Of a stretch of 64,000 bases of DNA, positions 47,218 to 56,987 are shown piece after piece. The stretch covers positions 478-64,477 of the forward strand of contig JBJDZN010000061.1 of assembly GCA_051868045.1 (NCBI GenBank). The letters run 5' to 3'. Every line of letters begins with the position of its first letter. Position 1 is the stretch's first letter. A program made the position numbers and the translations under genes. The notes beneath the pieces are model-generated. The model did not search any database. It was not told the origin of the DNA and saw only the letters and a list, made by a program, of their open reading frames with translations. This DNA comes from Eubacteriales bacterium (lineage in GTDB: Bacteria > Bacillota > Clostridia > Oscillospirales > CAG-272).

Positions 47218-48000
47218 TTATTTTCTGACAAAAGGCAGCTTTGCCGATCCCATCAGAACGTAGTATCCCAGAATCAGGTAGATCAGCAGGAGAACATAGG
47301 GCGACAGCAGTCCCGGCAGAGTGCTGAGATCCAGGGCATTGTAGTATTCGATGAGGGTCAGCACGGTTTCGGTGATCTGGTTGATCGCCGTCACTGCCAG
47401 ATAGCAGAGCAGAGTCGCCATGATGGCGGGGCGCATGGGATTTTGCTTGTCGTCACCGGAGGAAAGGGCGGCGGGAGATAGGTCTGTTCGCTGCTTTTTC
47501 GCCTTCTGGTACCGCCAAAGGGAGAGTGCCACGCTGATAAACAGGATCAGAAGAATCGGCAGAACGCCCATAAAACTGGACATCAGGGCATTGACAAGCT
47601 CACCGGACTCTATCTGGGACAGGGAATAGTTGCTAAGGAAGAAGGGCAGGGACAGAATCGCCTCGTCCATAAAGGCAAGAAGCCAGAAAACTCCTGTCTG
47701 AAGCAGTACGGCGACAAAAATCAGGGACAGGCATTGGCAGGAAAGGGCAAATCCCACCGGACGTCCCGAATAGATCAGGCAGATGATAAGACCTAGGGTG
47801 GCAAACAGACCGGTTTGGGTCAGCAGGTTGGAAAGATAGTATAGAATATAGTAGGGAATTCCGAAGCCGAAGTTTGCGATGAGGATCTGGCTCAGGGGAA
47901 AGAGAATCAGTACCCGAAACAGGGGAATCAGAACGGCAGTGATCAGAATCAGTCTGCGGGCTTTTGGAAAATCAAGAACAATGGCAACATCTTTTTTCAT
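47218..48000 (-). CDS. polytopic (about 6 TM) membrane protein of unknown function, co-transcribed with lexA
   Basis: 260 aa, hydrophobic throughout. It starts 24 nt after the lexA stop, with a GGAGG RBS. No family recognised. Confidence 0.7.
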   Translation of the reverse strand: MKKDVAIVLDFPKARRLILITAVLIPLFRVLILFPLSQILIANFGFGIPYYILYYLSNLLTQTGLFATLGLIICLIYSGRPVGFALSCQCLSLIFVAVLLQTGVFWLLAFMDEAILSLPFFLSNYSLSQIESGELVNALMSSFMGVLPILLILFISVALSLWRYQKAKKQRTDLSPAALSSGDDKQNPMRPAIMATLLCYLAVTAINQITETVLTLIEYYNALDLSTLPGLLSPYVLLLIYLILGYYVLMGSAKLPFVRK

Positions 48001-48024
48001 GAATATGACCGTAGCCTCCGAACC

Positions 48025-48642
48025 TTAACTGTAGAATCTCATGACCGAAATGACTTTACCGAGAATGGTGCAGTCATCTACGATGATCGGCTCCATCCGG
48101 GAGTTGCGGGGCTGGAGGCGGAAATGACCGTTTTCACGGAAGAAGGTCTTGACCGTTGCGCTGTCTTCCACCATGGCAACAACGATCTCGCCGTTTTCGG
48201 CGACATCCTCTTTCTGAACCACGATGATGTCTCCGTCCATGATACCTGCCTCAATCATGCTCTCGCCCGATACCCGCAGGGCAAACAGCGAACCGGGTGC
48301 CTCACGGTAGGATCGCTTGACCAGGGGAAAGTCCAGATAGCCTTCGATGTTCTCCACGGCGAGGATAGGCATACCTGCGGTGACTTTGCCCAGCAGGGGA
48401 ATGGTAGCATGGCTCTTCTGCTCCGGAGAAAGCTCGCCCGGACGCAGACTGCGGCTCTTGCCGGAGGATTTGTTGAGAACGCCCTTTTCGGTCAGTCTCT
48501 CGATGTAATTGTGTACGGTGGAGGTGGACTTGATGCCAAGTCCCTTCTGAATGTCCCGTACACTGGGGGGATAACTGTTCTGACGGGTAAAATCGGTTAT
48601 GAAATTAAGCATTTCACGCTCTTTTTCGGTTAGTTTTTCCAT
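48025..48642 (-). CDS. lexA: SOS repressor LexA
   Basis: 205 aa: LTEKEREMLNFI...PPSVRDIQKGLGIKSTSTVHNYIERL (wHTH), an AG cleavage site (KVTAGMP) and S24 peptidase blocks (VSGESMIEAGI, ATVKTF). Trimmed from the track ORF to ATG 48642 (GGAAAGGA RBS). Confidence 0.93.
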   Translation of the reverse strand: MEKLTEKEREMLNFITDFTRQNSYPPSVRDIQKGLGIKSTSTVHNYIERLTEKGVLNKSSGKSRSLRPGELSPEQKSHATIPLLGKVTAGMPILAVENIEGYLDFPLVKRSYREAPGSLFALRVSGESMIEAGIMDGDIIVVQKEDVAENGEIVVAMVEDSATVKTFFRENGHFRLQPRNSRMEPIIVDDCTILGKVISVMRFYS

Positions 48643-48729
48643 ATGGCATTCCTTTCCGACATGGTCACTCTTTGCACAGTTACAGACTGTCATACTTTGC
48701 CGAAGGGGGGTGCAGTCCTGTACGTCACT

Positions 48730-48758
48730 ATTATACCATATTTTTTTTGAAATTTCAA
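48730..48758 (-). promoter_or_regulatory. sigma-A type promoter of lexA
   Basis: Minus strand: TTGAAA (48758-48753), 17 nt spacer, TGgTATAAT (-10 at 48735-48730). Confidence 0.65.
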
Positions 48759-48769
48759 ACAAATGTTCG
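48756..48769. promoter_or_regulatory. Cheo-type SOS box (LexA operator)
   Basis: The minus strand reads CGAACATTTGTTTG against the Firmicute consensus CGAAC-N4-GTTCG (one mismatch). It overlaps the lexA -35 by 3 nt and sits in the lexA/M14 divergent intergenic region. Confidence 0.6.
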
Positions 48770-48900
48770 AAAATTTTGCGAAATAATTGTAAATATATTG
48801 TGAATGCGTTTTTTCCCTCTTTTGCTCGACTGAATTGATTAGAATAGGAGTTGGATGGCGATTTGACATCCGAAAACAGGTCATATGTGAGGGAATAAAA

Positions 48901-49848
48901 ATGGATGAACGGATGATAGAAACGGAAAAGCAATTTTGGTCGCTGATGGAGAAGAAGATGGACGCCGACAGCTGCGAAAAGGGGGTGGAATTGATCTGCC
49001 GACGGTTCGGAACAGTCCGTGAGAACATCGGAGAGAGTCTGCTTGGGCAAAAAATCCCCATGCTGACCGTGGGGTCGGGGGAAAATATCTGCCTGTATGT
49101 GGCAAGTCACCACGGCATGGAGTCGATTACCTCGGCGGTTTTGCTTGGCTGGCTGTGGCGACTGCTGGAAAAGAGGGAGCAGGGAAACTTTGAACCCGCC
49201 ATGTCAGACGTCTGCTATCGGGTGATTCCCATGCTCAATCCCGACGGGGTGGACCTCTGCATTCACGGGAAAGAGGCTCCCTGCCTTGCCGGACGGCAGG
49301 AGGCGGTCATGAGGCTTGGACAAATCTGCCCCAAAGGGGATTTTTCTGCCTGGCAGTCAAACGCCCGGGGGGTGGACCTCAACCACAACTACGATGCCTC
49401 CTTCACTGCCTATAAGCAGTTGGAAAAGGAGCAGTCGATCACGGCGGGACCCACCCGATATGCCGGTGAATATCCCGAAAGTGAGCCGGAAAGCGGTGCC
49501 CTTGCCGGGCTGATCCGTCGGGCACGGGAGCATTTGTCGGCGGTAATCAGCCTTCACAGTCAGGGAAAGGAGATTTATTGGACCTCAAACGGATTTGCTC
49601 TGCCGGGGGGATTCGAGCGTGCCATGGGATTCTCCAGACTGTGCGGTTATACCCTGTCGGAGCCGTCGGGAATGGCGGCATACGGGGGACTGACCGACTA
49701 TCTTCTGACCTCTCTCAGGCTGCACGCCCTCACGGTGGAGTGCGGCAAGGGCAAAAATCCCCTGCCCATGTCCGATCTGCCGGAAATTCTGGAGGAGCTT
49801 TCCCCGGCACTGACCATGGCACCCCTGATCTACCGAAAACGGAGATAA
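48901..49848 (+). CDS. M14-family zinc carboxypeptidase, gamma-D-glutamyl-(L)-diamino acid peptidase-like
   Basis: SHHGMESIT (HxxE), NPDG, GVDLNHNY and LHSQG blocks typical of M14 peptidoglycan peptidases. Trimmed to ATG 48901. Confidence 0.8.
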   Translation: MDERMIETEKQFWSLMEKKMDADSCEKGVELICRRFGTVRENIGESLLGQKIPMLTVGSGENICLYVASHHGMESITSAVLLGWLWRLLEKREQGNFEPAMSDVCYRVIPMLNPDGVDLCIHGKEAPCLAGRQEAVMRLGQICPKGDFSAWQSNARGVDLNHNYDASFTAYKQLEKEQSITAGPTRYAGEYPESEPESGALAGLIRRAREHLSAVISLHSQGKEIYWTSNGFALPGGFERAMGFSRLCGYTLSEPSGMAAYGGLTDYLLTSLRLHALTVECGKGKNPLPMSDLPEILEELSPALTMAPLIYRKRR

Positions 49849-49956
49849 AAATGTGAAAAAAACAGCCGATTTTCCGATGGGGATGCCCGACAGGGGAAAG
49901 ACAGAATGTACGGAGAAATATTTTCCGATAATAATTCCAAAATTTCGTTAAAAGTC

Positions 49957-49985
49957 TTGAAATTTGGAATAAAATATGATATACT
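49957..49985 (+). promoter_or_regulatory. sigma-A type promoter of pepF
   Basis: TTGAAA (49957-49962), 17 nt spacer, TGaTATACT (-10 at 49980-49985). Confidence 0.6.
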
Positions 49986-50051
49986 ATCATCGGGTAATTG
50001 TAAAATAACCGAACTATGGAACAGATTGAAATGAAAGGATAGATTTCCAAA

Positions 50052-51740
50052 ATGAAATTTTCTGAAATGCCTTATCATCGCCCCGATAAGGATGAACTGC
50101 TGGCAAAGGCGGCAGAACTGACGGAAAAATTCCGGAATGCCAAATCGGCACAGGAACAGCTCGATCTGATCCGTGCCTTCGATAAGGCAGGAGAGGAATT
50201 CTCCACAATGTCGGAAATCTGCTACATTCGTAACAGTATCGACACCCGGGATGAATTCTATAATCAGGAGCAGGAGTTTTTCGACAATACGGCACCGCTG
50301 ATTCGGGAGAAGCTACAGGAGTTTACCCATGCCATGGTGGAATCCAGATTCCGTCCCGAACTGGAGAAAGAACTGGGAGCGGTGGTCTTCATCAACGCTG
50401 AAATGGAGCTGAAATCCTTCTCTCCCGAAATCGTTCCTCTGATGCAGGAGGAGGCAGCCCTTCGGACCCGCTATCAGAAGCTGTACGCCTCTGCCAGAAT
50501 CCCCTTCGACGGCAAGGAATGCACCGTTGCCCAGCTGGGTCCCTACAAGCAGTCCCCCGACAGAGAGGTGCGTCAGGCGGCAATCCGTGCCGAGGGCGGA
50601 TTCTTCGATGAGCATCGGGAAGAATTCGATGAAATTTTCGATAAGTTGGTGAAAAACCGCACCGAACAGGCAAAGAAACTTGGATTTGATCATTTCGTTC
50701 CTCTGGGCTATCTGCGTCAGTCGCGAAATTGCTACGGTCCTGCCGATGTTGCCGTCTTCCGTCGGCAGATTGTGAATGACATCGTTCCCATTGTCAACAA
50801 AATCAAGGAAAATCAGAGAAAGCGGATCGGGGTTGACGCCTTCAAGTTCTACGATCAGACCTTCGTCTTCCCGGACGGCAATGCCAAGCCCCACGGAACT
50901 CCCGATGAACTTCTCGCCGCCGCAAAGCGGATGTATGAGGAAATGTCCCCCGAGACGGCAGAGTTCATCGACAAGATGTTCGAGATGGAACTGTTCGATG
51001 TCCTCGCCAAGGAGGGCAAGGCTCCGGGCGGATACTGCACCGAGCTGTCGGGCTACGGGGTTCCCTTCGTCTTCTCCAACTTCAACGGCACCTCCGCCGA
51101 TGTGGACGTTCTGACTCACGAGATGGGTCACGCCTTCGCCGGCTACACGGCATTCCGCACGCTCCCCTATTCCATGAACCGTCAGCCCTCCATGGAGGGT
51201 GCGGAGACCCACTCCATGTCCATGGAGTTCCTGACCTCCCCTTGGCATCACCTGTTTTTCAAGGAGGATACCGCCAAATATCAGCTTTCCCACGCTGAGG
51301 ATGCGCTGGTCTTCCTGCCTTACGGAACCATGGTGGACCATTTCCAGGAGATCATCTATTCCCATCCCGAACTGACCCCTGAGGAGCGCAATCAGGAGTG
51401 GGCAAAGCTGGAGAAGATTTACCGTCCCTATCTGGACTTTGAGGATCTGCCCTTCTATTCCAGAGGCGCAGGCTGGCAGAGACAGCTCCACATCTACCTT
51501 TACCCCTTCTACTATCTGGACTACTGCATGGCGCAGACGGTTGCGCTGGAGTTCTTCTCCCTGCATCTGGACGATCCCAAGACGGCATGGGAAACCTATC
51601 TGGCATTTGTCCGCATGGGCGGAACCAAGACCTTCACCGAGTTGGTCAAGTCGGTGGGACTGAAAACCCCGCTGGACGAAGGCACACTGGGTGAGATTTC
51701 AAAACACATTGATGCCTGGCTTGACCGGCATCAGATCTGA
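50052..51740 (+). CDS. pepF: M3-family oligoendopeptidase (PepF-like)
   Basis: HEMGHAF zinc motif and a downstream E (EGAETHS); 562 aa. Confidence 0.9.
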   Translation: MKFSEMPYHRPDKDELLAKAAELTEKFRNAKSAQEQLDLIRAFDKAGEEFSTMSEICYIRNSIDTRDEFYNQEQEFFDNTAPLIREKLQEFTHAMVESRFRPELEKELGAVVFINAEMELKSFSPEIVPLMQEEAALRTRYQKLYASARIPFDGKECTVAQLGPYKQSPDREVRQAAIRAEGGFFDEHREEFDEIFDKLVKNRTEQAKKLGFDHFVPLGYLRQSRNCYGPADVAVFRRQIVNDIVPIVNKIKENQRKRIGVDAFKFYDQTFVFPDGNAKPHGTPDELLAAAKRMYEEMSPETAEFIDKMFEMELFDVLAKEGKAPGGYCTELSGYGVPFVFSNFNGTSADVDVLTHEMGHAFAGYTAFRTLPYSMNRQPSMEGAETHSMSMEFLTSPWHHLFFKEDTAKYQLSHAEDALVFLPYGTMVDHFQEIIYSHPELTPEERNQEWAKLEKIYRPYLDFEDLPFYSRGAGWQRQLHIYLYPFYYLDYCMAQTVALEFFSLHLDDPKTAWETYLAFVRMGGTKTFTELVKSVGLKTPLDEGTLGEISKHIDAWLDRHQI

Positions 51741-51755
51741 AAGGAAGGATAAAAA

Positions 51756-52487
51756 ATGGATCAGTATAATGAATCAGAAAAATCGGATGTTTCCATGGAC
51801 TATGTTAGAAATGCAAAATTCTTTGACGAAAAGTATATGAAGAAGTACGGTATCCTCCGTGCCATCGGATGGGCACTTTCCATAGTCGGAGCTGCCTGCG
51901 TGCTGATTTCCATGTTCGGCGGCAGACGGGGAATGTCGTTCTTCCATTTCATCGGTTGGCCTCTTCTGATTCCCGGCGTGGTTCTGCTCTGCATCGTGCT
52001 GAACAAGCTGATCAAGGAGTCGGAGATCACCGAGGTCATGGATGTCAAGGAAAAGCGTTTCGCCGATCTTTGCAACGAGAAGCTGGGCTATCCCTCGGAT
52101 GTCACCGATGAGTCCATGATCTTCACCGGATGTGAGATCACCTCAGAGAACATGGGGGATCTCCGTAAGCTCAAAAGCGGAAACTATATCGGCACCAATC
52201 CGCAGATCACCCATCTGTACGTCGATCTGATGAAGAAAAGGCTCTGCATCGGAAGCTATACCTACTCCTTTGTTGAGGATAAGGAGAAGACCGAATTTCA
52301 GGAAATCCCCTTCTCCGATTTTGACCGCTCTGAAATCGTCACCGAGAAGGTAGGCAATGTTGACAGCAGACGTTTTGTCCTGTCCAATGGGAATAAGGAA
52401 ATCTTTTCTTCTCCCATTTCAGCTGACGACTACTATAAAGAGGAGTTCATAGGCGGAATTGTCCATAAAAAGGAACTGAAGAGATAA
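51756..52487 (+). CDS. membrane protein of unknown function (2 TM plus a soluble C-terminal domain)
   Basis: Two hydrophobic helices (LRAIGWALSIVGAACVLISMF and IGWPLLIPGVVLLCIVL), then about 150 aa that I do not recognise. Confidence 0.65.
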   Translation: MDQYNESEKSDVSMDYVRNAKFFDEKYMKKYGILRAIGWALSIVGAACVLISMFGGRRGMSFFHFIGWPLLIPGVVLLCIVLNKLIKESEITEVMDVKEKRFADLCNEKLGYPSDVTDESMIFTGCEITSENMGDLRKLKSGNYIGTNPQITHLYVDLMKKRLCIGSYTYSFVEDKEKTEFQEIPFSDFDRSEIVTEKVGNVDSRRFVLSNGNKEIFSSPISADDYYKEEFIGGIVHKKELKR

Positions 52488-52505
52488 AATCATAAATTTG
52501 GAGGT

Positions 52506-53138
52506 ATGTATATGATAGACAATCAGGCACTTCACAAAATCGGGTGCGGACTGGCGATTCTGACCGCCAAAGAAGGGGACAAGGATAACGGATGTGTCAT
52601 CAATACCGTCATGCAGGTGGCATCCAATCCCACACGGCTTGCCATTTCGGTCAATGCCAAAAACCTCACCTGTGAGATGATCGAGCGCACGGGTGTATTC
52701 AACCTGTCCCTTTTGTCCACCAAGGTTCCCTTTGCTCAGATCAAGCAGTTCGGCTATCAGTCGGGAAGGACTGCCGATAAGCTGGCGGGACTGCCCGATA
52801 CCCTTCGGATGGAGAACGGTCTGTTTGCACTGCCCTTCTTTGCCTGCGCCATCCTGTCGGGCAAGGTGGTTGAGAGGCTGGATCTCGGTTCCCACAAGCT
52901 GTTCATCGCCGAGCTGACCGAGGCGAAGAAGGTATCGGACGATCCGATCCTGACCTACGATTACTATCAGGCAAACATCAAGCCAAAGCCTGCCGAGTCT
53001 GCGGCACCGAAGCAGGGCAAGACCGCATGGCGGTGTAAGGTCTGCGGCTGGATCTGGGAGGGCGAGGAGCTTCCGCCCGATATTGTCTGCAAAATCTGCG
53101 GTCACGGTGCCGAGGATTTTGAGAAGATTACAATTTGA
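52506..53138 (+). CDS. flavin reductase domain fused to a C-terminal rubredoxin (high-molecular-weight rubredoxin type)
   Basis: The N-terminal flavin reductase-like fold (GLAILTAKEGDKDNGCVINTV) and the C-terminal WRCKVCGWIWEGE...VCKICGHG give the two CxxC pairs of rubredoxin. Confidence 0.85.
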   Translation: MYMIDNQALHKIGCGLAILTAKEGDKDNGCVINTVMQVASNPTRLAISVNAKNLTCEMIERTGVFNLSLLSTKVPFAQIKQFGYQSGRTADKLAGLPDTLRMENGLFALPFFACAILSGKVVERLDLGSHKLFIAELTEAKKVSDDPILTYDYYQANIKPKPAESAAPKQGKTAWRCKVCGWIWEGEELPPDIVCKICGHGAEDFEKITI

Positions 53139-53146
53139 TAAAAAGC

Positions 53147-53185
53147 AAGAGGATGCCGCACGGTTGATGCGGCATCCTCTTTTAA
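53147..53185 (+). terminator. rho-independent terminator
   Basis: Stem aagaggatgccgca / tgcggcatcctctt, then ttaaatg. Confidence 0.8.
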
Positions 53186-53269
53186 ATGAGAAAATCTTTG
53201 ATTCGCAACTTTGGTTCGCAATAGGATAAAAGCCATTTCCGGGCAAGGGAAATAGCTTCACCCGAAAAA

Positions 53270-53461
53270 TCATTCCTTCGTCCGGGGTGTTATCACCGGC
53301 TTGCCGTCGGCGTCCAGCAGGACGGTCATGCCGCCGGCATAGCCGTTGTAGCCAAAAATGTAGTTGACGCCGGTCTCCCTGTCAACCCAGATCTCGATAC
53401 CGCTGAGATTGCCCTGTGTGTATACCTTTTCAAATCGCTCGGGTACTTTTACTTTTGCCAT
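53270..53461 (-). CDS. small conserved hypothetical protein (63 aa)
   Basis: MAKVKVPERFEKVYTQGNLSGIEIWVDRETGVNYIFGYNGYAGGMTVLLDADGKPV. I recall similar small Firmicute proteins but cannot name the family with certainty. The track ORF extension overlaps ppa and was trimmed. Confidence 0.6.
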   Translation of the reverse strand: MAKVKVPERFEKVYTQGNLSGIEIWVDRETGVNYIFGYNGYAGGMTVLLDADGKPVITPRTKE

Positions 53462-53510
53462 GAGTCTGTTCCTTTCATCTCTTTTACCGGAGGTCGATTG
53501 AGGGGATGGT

Positions 53511-54059
53511 TTATGGTTTGGTCTTGCTCTCTGCCCCGAAGGTCTTCTCGTAATTTTCAATGGCAGCCTTCACGATCTTGACGGCGGTTTTTTCATCGCC
53601 CACGTCGTTGACCACGGTTTCCTTGTGCTCCAGGGTCTTGTAGACAGTGAAGAAGTGCTGCATCTCCTCGTACACATGACGGGGAAGGGCGAAAATGGAA
53701 CGATAGCCGTTGTAGGTGGGATCAGAGAAGGGAATGGCAATGATCTTCTCATCCAGCTTGCCGTTGTCCATCATACGGATGACCCCGATGGGGTAGACGT
53801 GAACCAGCGTCATGGGTGCGATCGGCTCACTGCAGAGAACCAAAACGTCCAGCGGGTCGTTGTCGTCGGCATAGGTACGGGGGATGAAGCCGTAATTGGC
53901 GGGGTAATGGGTGGCAGTGTACAGGATTCTGTCCAGCTTCAAAAGACCGGTTTCCTTGTCCATTTCGTATTTGTTCTTGCTCCCCTTGGGAATCTCGATG
54001 ACGGCGTAGAAATCCTCGGGTTTTACGCGTTCGGGACTGATGTCGTGCCAGATGTTCAT
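53511..54059 (-). CDS. ppa: inorganic pyrophosphatase (family I)
   Basis: VIEIPKGSKNKYEMDKETG, YPANYGFIP and DDNDPLDVLVL signature blocks. Confidence 0.95.
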   Translation of the reverse strand: MNIWHDISPERVKPEDFYAVIEIPKGSKNKYEMDKETGLLKLDRILYTATHYPANYGFIPRTYADDNDPLDVLVLCSEPIAPMTLVHVYPIGVIRMMDNGKLDEKIIAIPFSDPTYNGYRSIFALPRHVYEEMQHFFTVYKTLEHKETVVNDVGDEKTAVKIVKAAIENYEKTFGAESKTKP

Positions 54060-54136
54060 GAAAAATCTGCCTTTCTGTGTGGTTTTGTCCGAATGAGGGG
54101 AACGGTTTTTTTGAACCGTCCCCCTCGATGTTGTTT

Positions 54137-54907
54137 TTACTGCTGTGCAGCCTCAACGATGACTGCAAAAGCGTCTTCCTTCAGAGATGCGCCGCCGATC
54201 AGACCGCCGTCGATGTTGTCCATCGACAGAAGTTCAGCTGCGTTGCCGGCATTCATGGAGCCGCCGTACTGAATGATGGTCTGGCGTGCAACCGCCTTGG
54301 TATACAGACCTGCGATCACACTGCGGATGATGCCGCAGACCTCGTCTGCCTGCTCGGCAGTTGCGGTCTTGCCGGTTCCGATTGCCCATACAGGCTCATA
54401 TGCGATGATGATCTGATTCATCTTTTCAGCAGGAATGCCCTGAAGTGCCAGCTTTACCTGTCTGGAAACAACCTCGGAGGTGATGCCTGCCTCACGCTCG
54501 GCGAGAAGCTCGCCGACGCAGACGATGGCAGTCAGTCCTGCGCCGATGGCAGCCTTGGTGCGAAGGTTGACGGTTTCATCGGTCTCGCCGAAATACTGAC
54601 GGCGTTCGCTGTGTCCGACGATGACATACTTGACGCCGGCGTCCACCAGCATATCTGCGGAAATCTCACCGGTGTAGGCACCGCTCTTCTGATAGTGAAC
54701 ATTCTGTGCGCCGACCTTAACGGAGGTTCCTGCCAGTACCTTGGAAACTGCGGGAATGTCGATGGCGGGAACGCAAACCACGATGTCACAGCTGCGCTTG
54801 CCCTTTACCTTGTCATAAAGCCGTCCGGCAAATGCCTTTGCCTCGGAGGGGGTCATATTCATTTTCCAGTTACCTGCAATAACAGGTCTTCTTCTTCTCG
54901 AACTCAT
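54137..54907 (-). CDS. tpiA: triosephosphate isomerase
   Basis: PVIAGNWKMN, VGHSERR, AYEPVWAIGTG and GGASLK blocks. Confidence 0.95.
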   Translation of the reverse strand: MSSRRRRPVIAGNWKMNMTPSEAKAFAGRLYDKVKGKRSCDIVVCVPAIDIPAVSKVLAGTSVKVGAQNVHYQKSGAYTGEISADMLVDAGVKYVIVGHSERRQYFGETDETVNLRTKAAIGAGLTAIVCVGELLAEREAGITSEVVSRQVKLALQGIPAEKMNQIIIAYEPVWAIGTGKTATAEQADEVCGIIRSVIAGLYTKAVARQTIIQYGGSMNAGNAAELLSMDNIDGGLIGGASLKEDAFAVIVEAAQQ

Positions 54908-54932
54908 CTTTATACTACCTCTGCAAAATCGC

Positions 54933-56246
54933 TTATGCTTCCTTGTCGTTCAGACATGCAATACCGGGAAGCTCCTTGCCCTCGAGGAACTCAAGGGATG
55001 CGCCGCCGCCGGTGGAGATGTGGGTCATTCTGTTGGCAAAGCCCAGATTCTCAGCTGCTGCTGCGCTGTCGCCGCCGCCGATGATGGAAACTGCGCCGTT
55101 GTCGGTAGCCTCAGCTACTGCGGTTGCAACTGCAATGGTGCCGCCTGCGAAATTCTTCCACTCGGATACGCCCATAGGTCCGTTCCAAACAATGGTGCCT
55201 GCGCCCTTGATGGACTTGGAATACAGCTCCTGAGTCTTCAGACCGATGTCCAGACCCATCCAGCCGTCGGGGAGGCTGTCGGAGTACATTTCCATGGCGG
55301 TTGCATCCTCTGCATAGGAGGTAGCGATCATGTTGTCAACGGGAAGCAGGAAGTTGACGCCCTTGGCACGTGCCTTATCCATGATGCCCTTTGCCAGATC
55401 AATCTTGTCGGACTCGCAGATGGAGGTTCCGATGGACTTGCCCATGGCACGGTAGAAGGTGTAAGCCATACCGCCGCCGATGATGAGGGTATCAACCTTG
55501 TCGATCAGGTTCTCGATAACGCCGATCTTGTCGGAAACCTTTGCGCCGCCCAGAATGGCAACGAAGGGACGCTTGGGATTTGCCAGAGCTTCACCCATAA
55601 CCGTGATTTCCTTCTGGATCAGGTAGCCGCAGACTGCGGGGAGATAATCGGCAACGCCGGCAGTGGAAGCATGAGCACGGTGAGCGGTGCCGAATGCGTC
55701 GTTGACATAGATGTCAGCCAGGGAAGCCAGCTCTTTTGCGAATGCGGGATCATTCTTCTCTTCTTCTTCGTGGAAACGAACGTTCTCCAGAAGCAGGATT
55801 TCGCCGGGCTTCAGAGCAGCAGCCTTAGCCTTGGCATCGGGTCCGATAACGTCGGATGCCATGATGACTTCCTTGCCGCAAAGTTCGGAGATTCTCTTTG
55901 CGATGGGAGCCAGGGACAGTTTGGTAACGTCCTTCTTTGCCTTCTCAAGGGCAGCCTCGGTAGCGGCAGTCTGCTCAGCCTCAGGCAGAGCGGCGATCTT
56001 CTTGATCTCCTTCTTGTCCAGCTTCAGCTTTTCATTGAAGATGTTGTGGGGACGACCCATGTGGGAGCAGAGGATAACGGCTGCGCCATGGTTTGCCAGG
56101 TACTCAATGGTGGGGAGCGCACCGACGATACGCTTGTCATCGGTGATTACGCCATCCTTCATAGGAACGTTGAAATCGCATCTTGCAAGAACCTTCTTGC
56201 CGGCAACGTCAATGTCCTCAATGGTCTTCTTGTTGTACATAGACAT
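54933..56246 (-). CDS. pgk: phosphoglycerate kinase (with an extra segment of about 36 aa after the GRP motif)
   Basis: [39 protein letters not shown] and [18 protein letters not shown] blocks. 437 aa, against 394 for the B. subtilis enzyme as I recall it. Confidence 0.95.
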   Translation of the reverse strand: MSMYNKKTIEDIDVAGKKVLARCDFNVPMKDGVITDDKRIVGALPTIEYLANHGAAVILCSHMGRPHNIFNEKLKLDKKEIKKIAALPEAEQTAATEAALEKAKKDVTKLSLAPIAKRISELCGKEVIMASDVIGPDAKAKAAALKPGEILLLENVRFHEEEEKNDPAFAKELASLADIYVNDAFGTAHRAHASTAGVADYLPAVCGYLIQKEITVMGEALANPKRPFVAILGGAKVSDKIGVIENLIDKVDTLIIGGGMAYTFYRAMGKSIGTSICESDKIDLAKGIMDKARAKGVNFLLPVDNMIATSYAEDATAMEMYSDSLPDGWMGLDIGLKTQELYSKSIKGAGTIVWNGPMGVSEWKNFAGGTIAVATAVAEATDNGAVSIIGGGDSAAAAENLGFANRMTHISTGGGASLEFLEGKELPGIACLNDKEA

Positions 56247-56288
56247 AGTTTTTATTCACCTCATAAAATATTTGTGGTTTCCGTGCTT

Positions 56289-56317
56289 ATTCTACCATAT
56301 CGTTTGAAAAATATCAA
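56289..56317 (-). promoter_or_regulatory. sigma-A type promoter of pgk-tpiA
   Basis: Minus strand: TTGATA (56317-56312), 17 nt spacer, TGgTAGAAT (-10 at 56294-56289). Confidence 0.6.
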
Positions 56318-56477
56318 GGGGTTTTCAAAAAATAATCGGGAAAATTTGCTGATTTTTTGAGGCTTTTCAGCCTTTGAATTCGGTAAAATCGCAAAAAACG
56401 GTACATAGGGAGAACTTTTATGACGTGTTTTCCCGATTTTGGAAAAGGCGATGCTTACGGAAAGAGAAAAATCGGGA

Positions 56478-56522
56478 AAAAGCACGGAAATCGGCGCAAA
56501 CCCAACGGTTGCGCCGATTTCC
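56478..56522 (-). terminator. rho-independent terminator after rplL
   Basis: Minus strand: stem ggaaatcggcgcaa / ttgcgccgatttcc, then gtgcttttt. Confidence 0.7.
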
Positions 56523-56553
56523 GATATAGAGGGACAGGTTTTGTAAACCCGAA

Positions 56554-56934
56554 TTACTTAACCTCAACCTCTGCGCCGGCAGCCTTCAGAGCCTCAGCCA
56601 GCTTGTCTGCATCCTCCTTGGAGATGCCTTCCTTAACAGCCTTAGGTGCGCCTTCAACCAGATCCTTAGCGTCCTTCAGACCCAGACCGGTAGCCTCACG
56701 AACTGCCTTGATGACAGCCAGCTTGTTTGCGCCGAATCCCTTCAGGATAACGTCGAACTCGGTCTTCTCCTCAGCAGCAGGAGCAGCAGCACCGGCGGCA
56801 GGAGCGCCTGCAACTGCAACAGCAGTAGCGGATACGCCGAACTCATCCTCCAGAAGCTTTACGAGATCATTCATCTCAAGAATGGTCAGATTCTTAATTT
56901 CCTCAAAAAGAGCGGTAACTTTCTCAGTAGCCAT
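56554..56934 (-). CDS. rplL: 50S ribosomal protein L7/L12
   Basis: [17 protein letters not shown], an Ala-rich hinge, and [24 protein letters not shown]. Confidence 0.97.
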   Translation of the reverse strand: MATEKVTALFEEIKNLTILEMNDLVKLLEDEFGVSATAVAVAGAPAAGAAAPAAEEKTEFDVILKGFGANKLAVIKAVREATGLGLKDAKDLVEGAPKAVKEGISKEDADKLAEALKAAGAEVEVK

Positions 56935-56987
56935 TTTTCATTTCCTCCGAATTTAAATAATTAAAAATAAGTTTTGTTGCCGTGTTT

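Noticed and set aside
53270-53560. A 96-aa version of the small minus-strand ORF.
   Set aside because: The N-terminal extension overlaps the 3' end of ppa. The internal ATG at 53461 gives a compact 63-aa protein whose sequence pattern starts exactly there.
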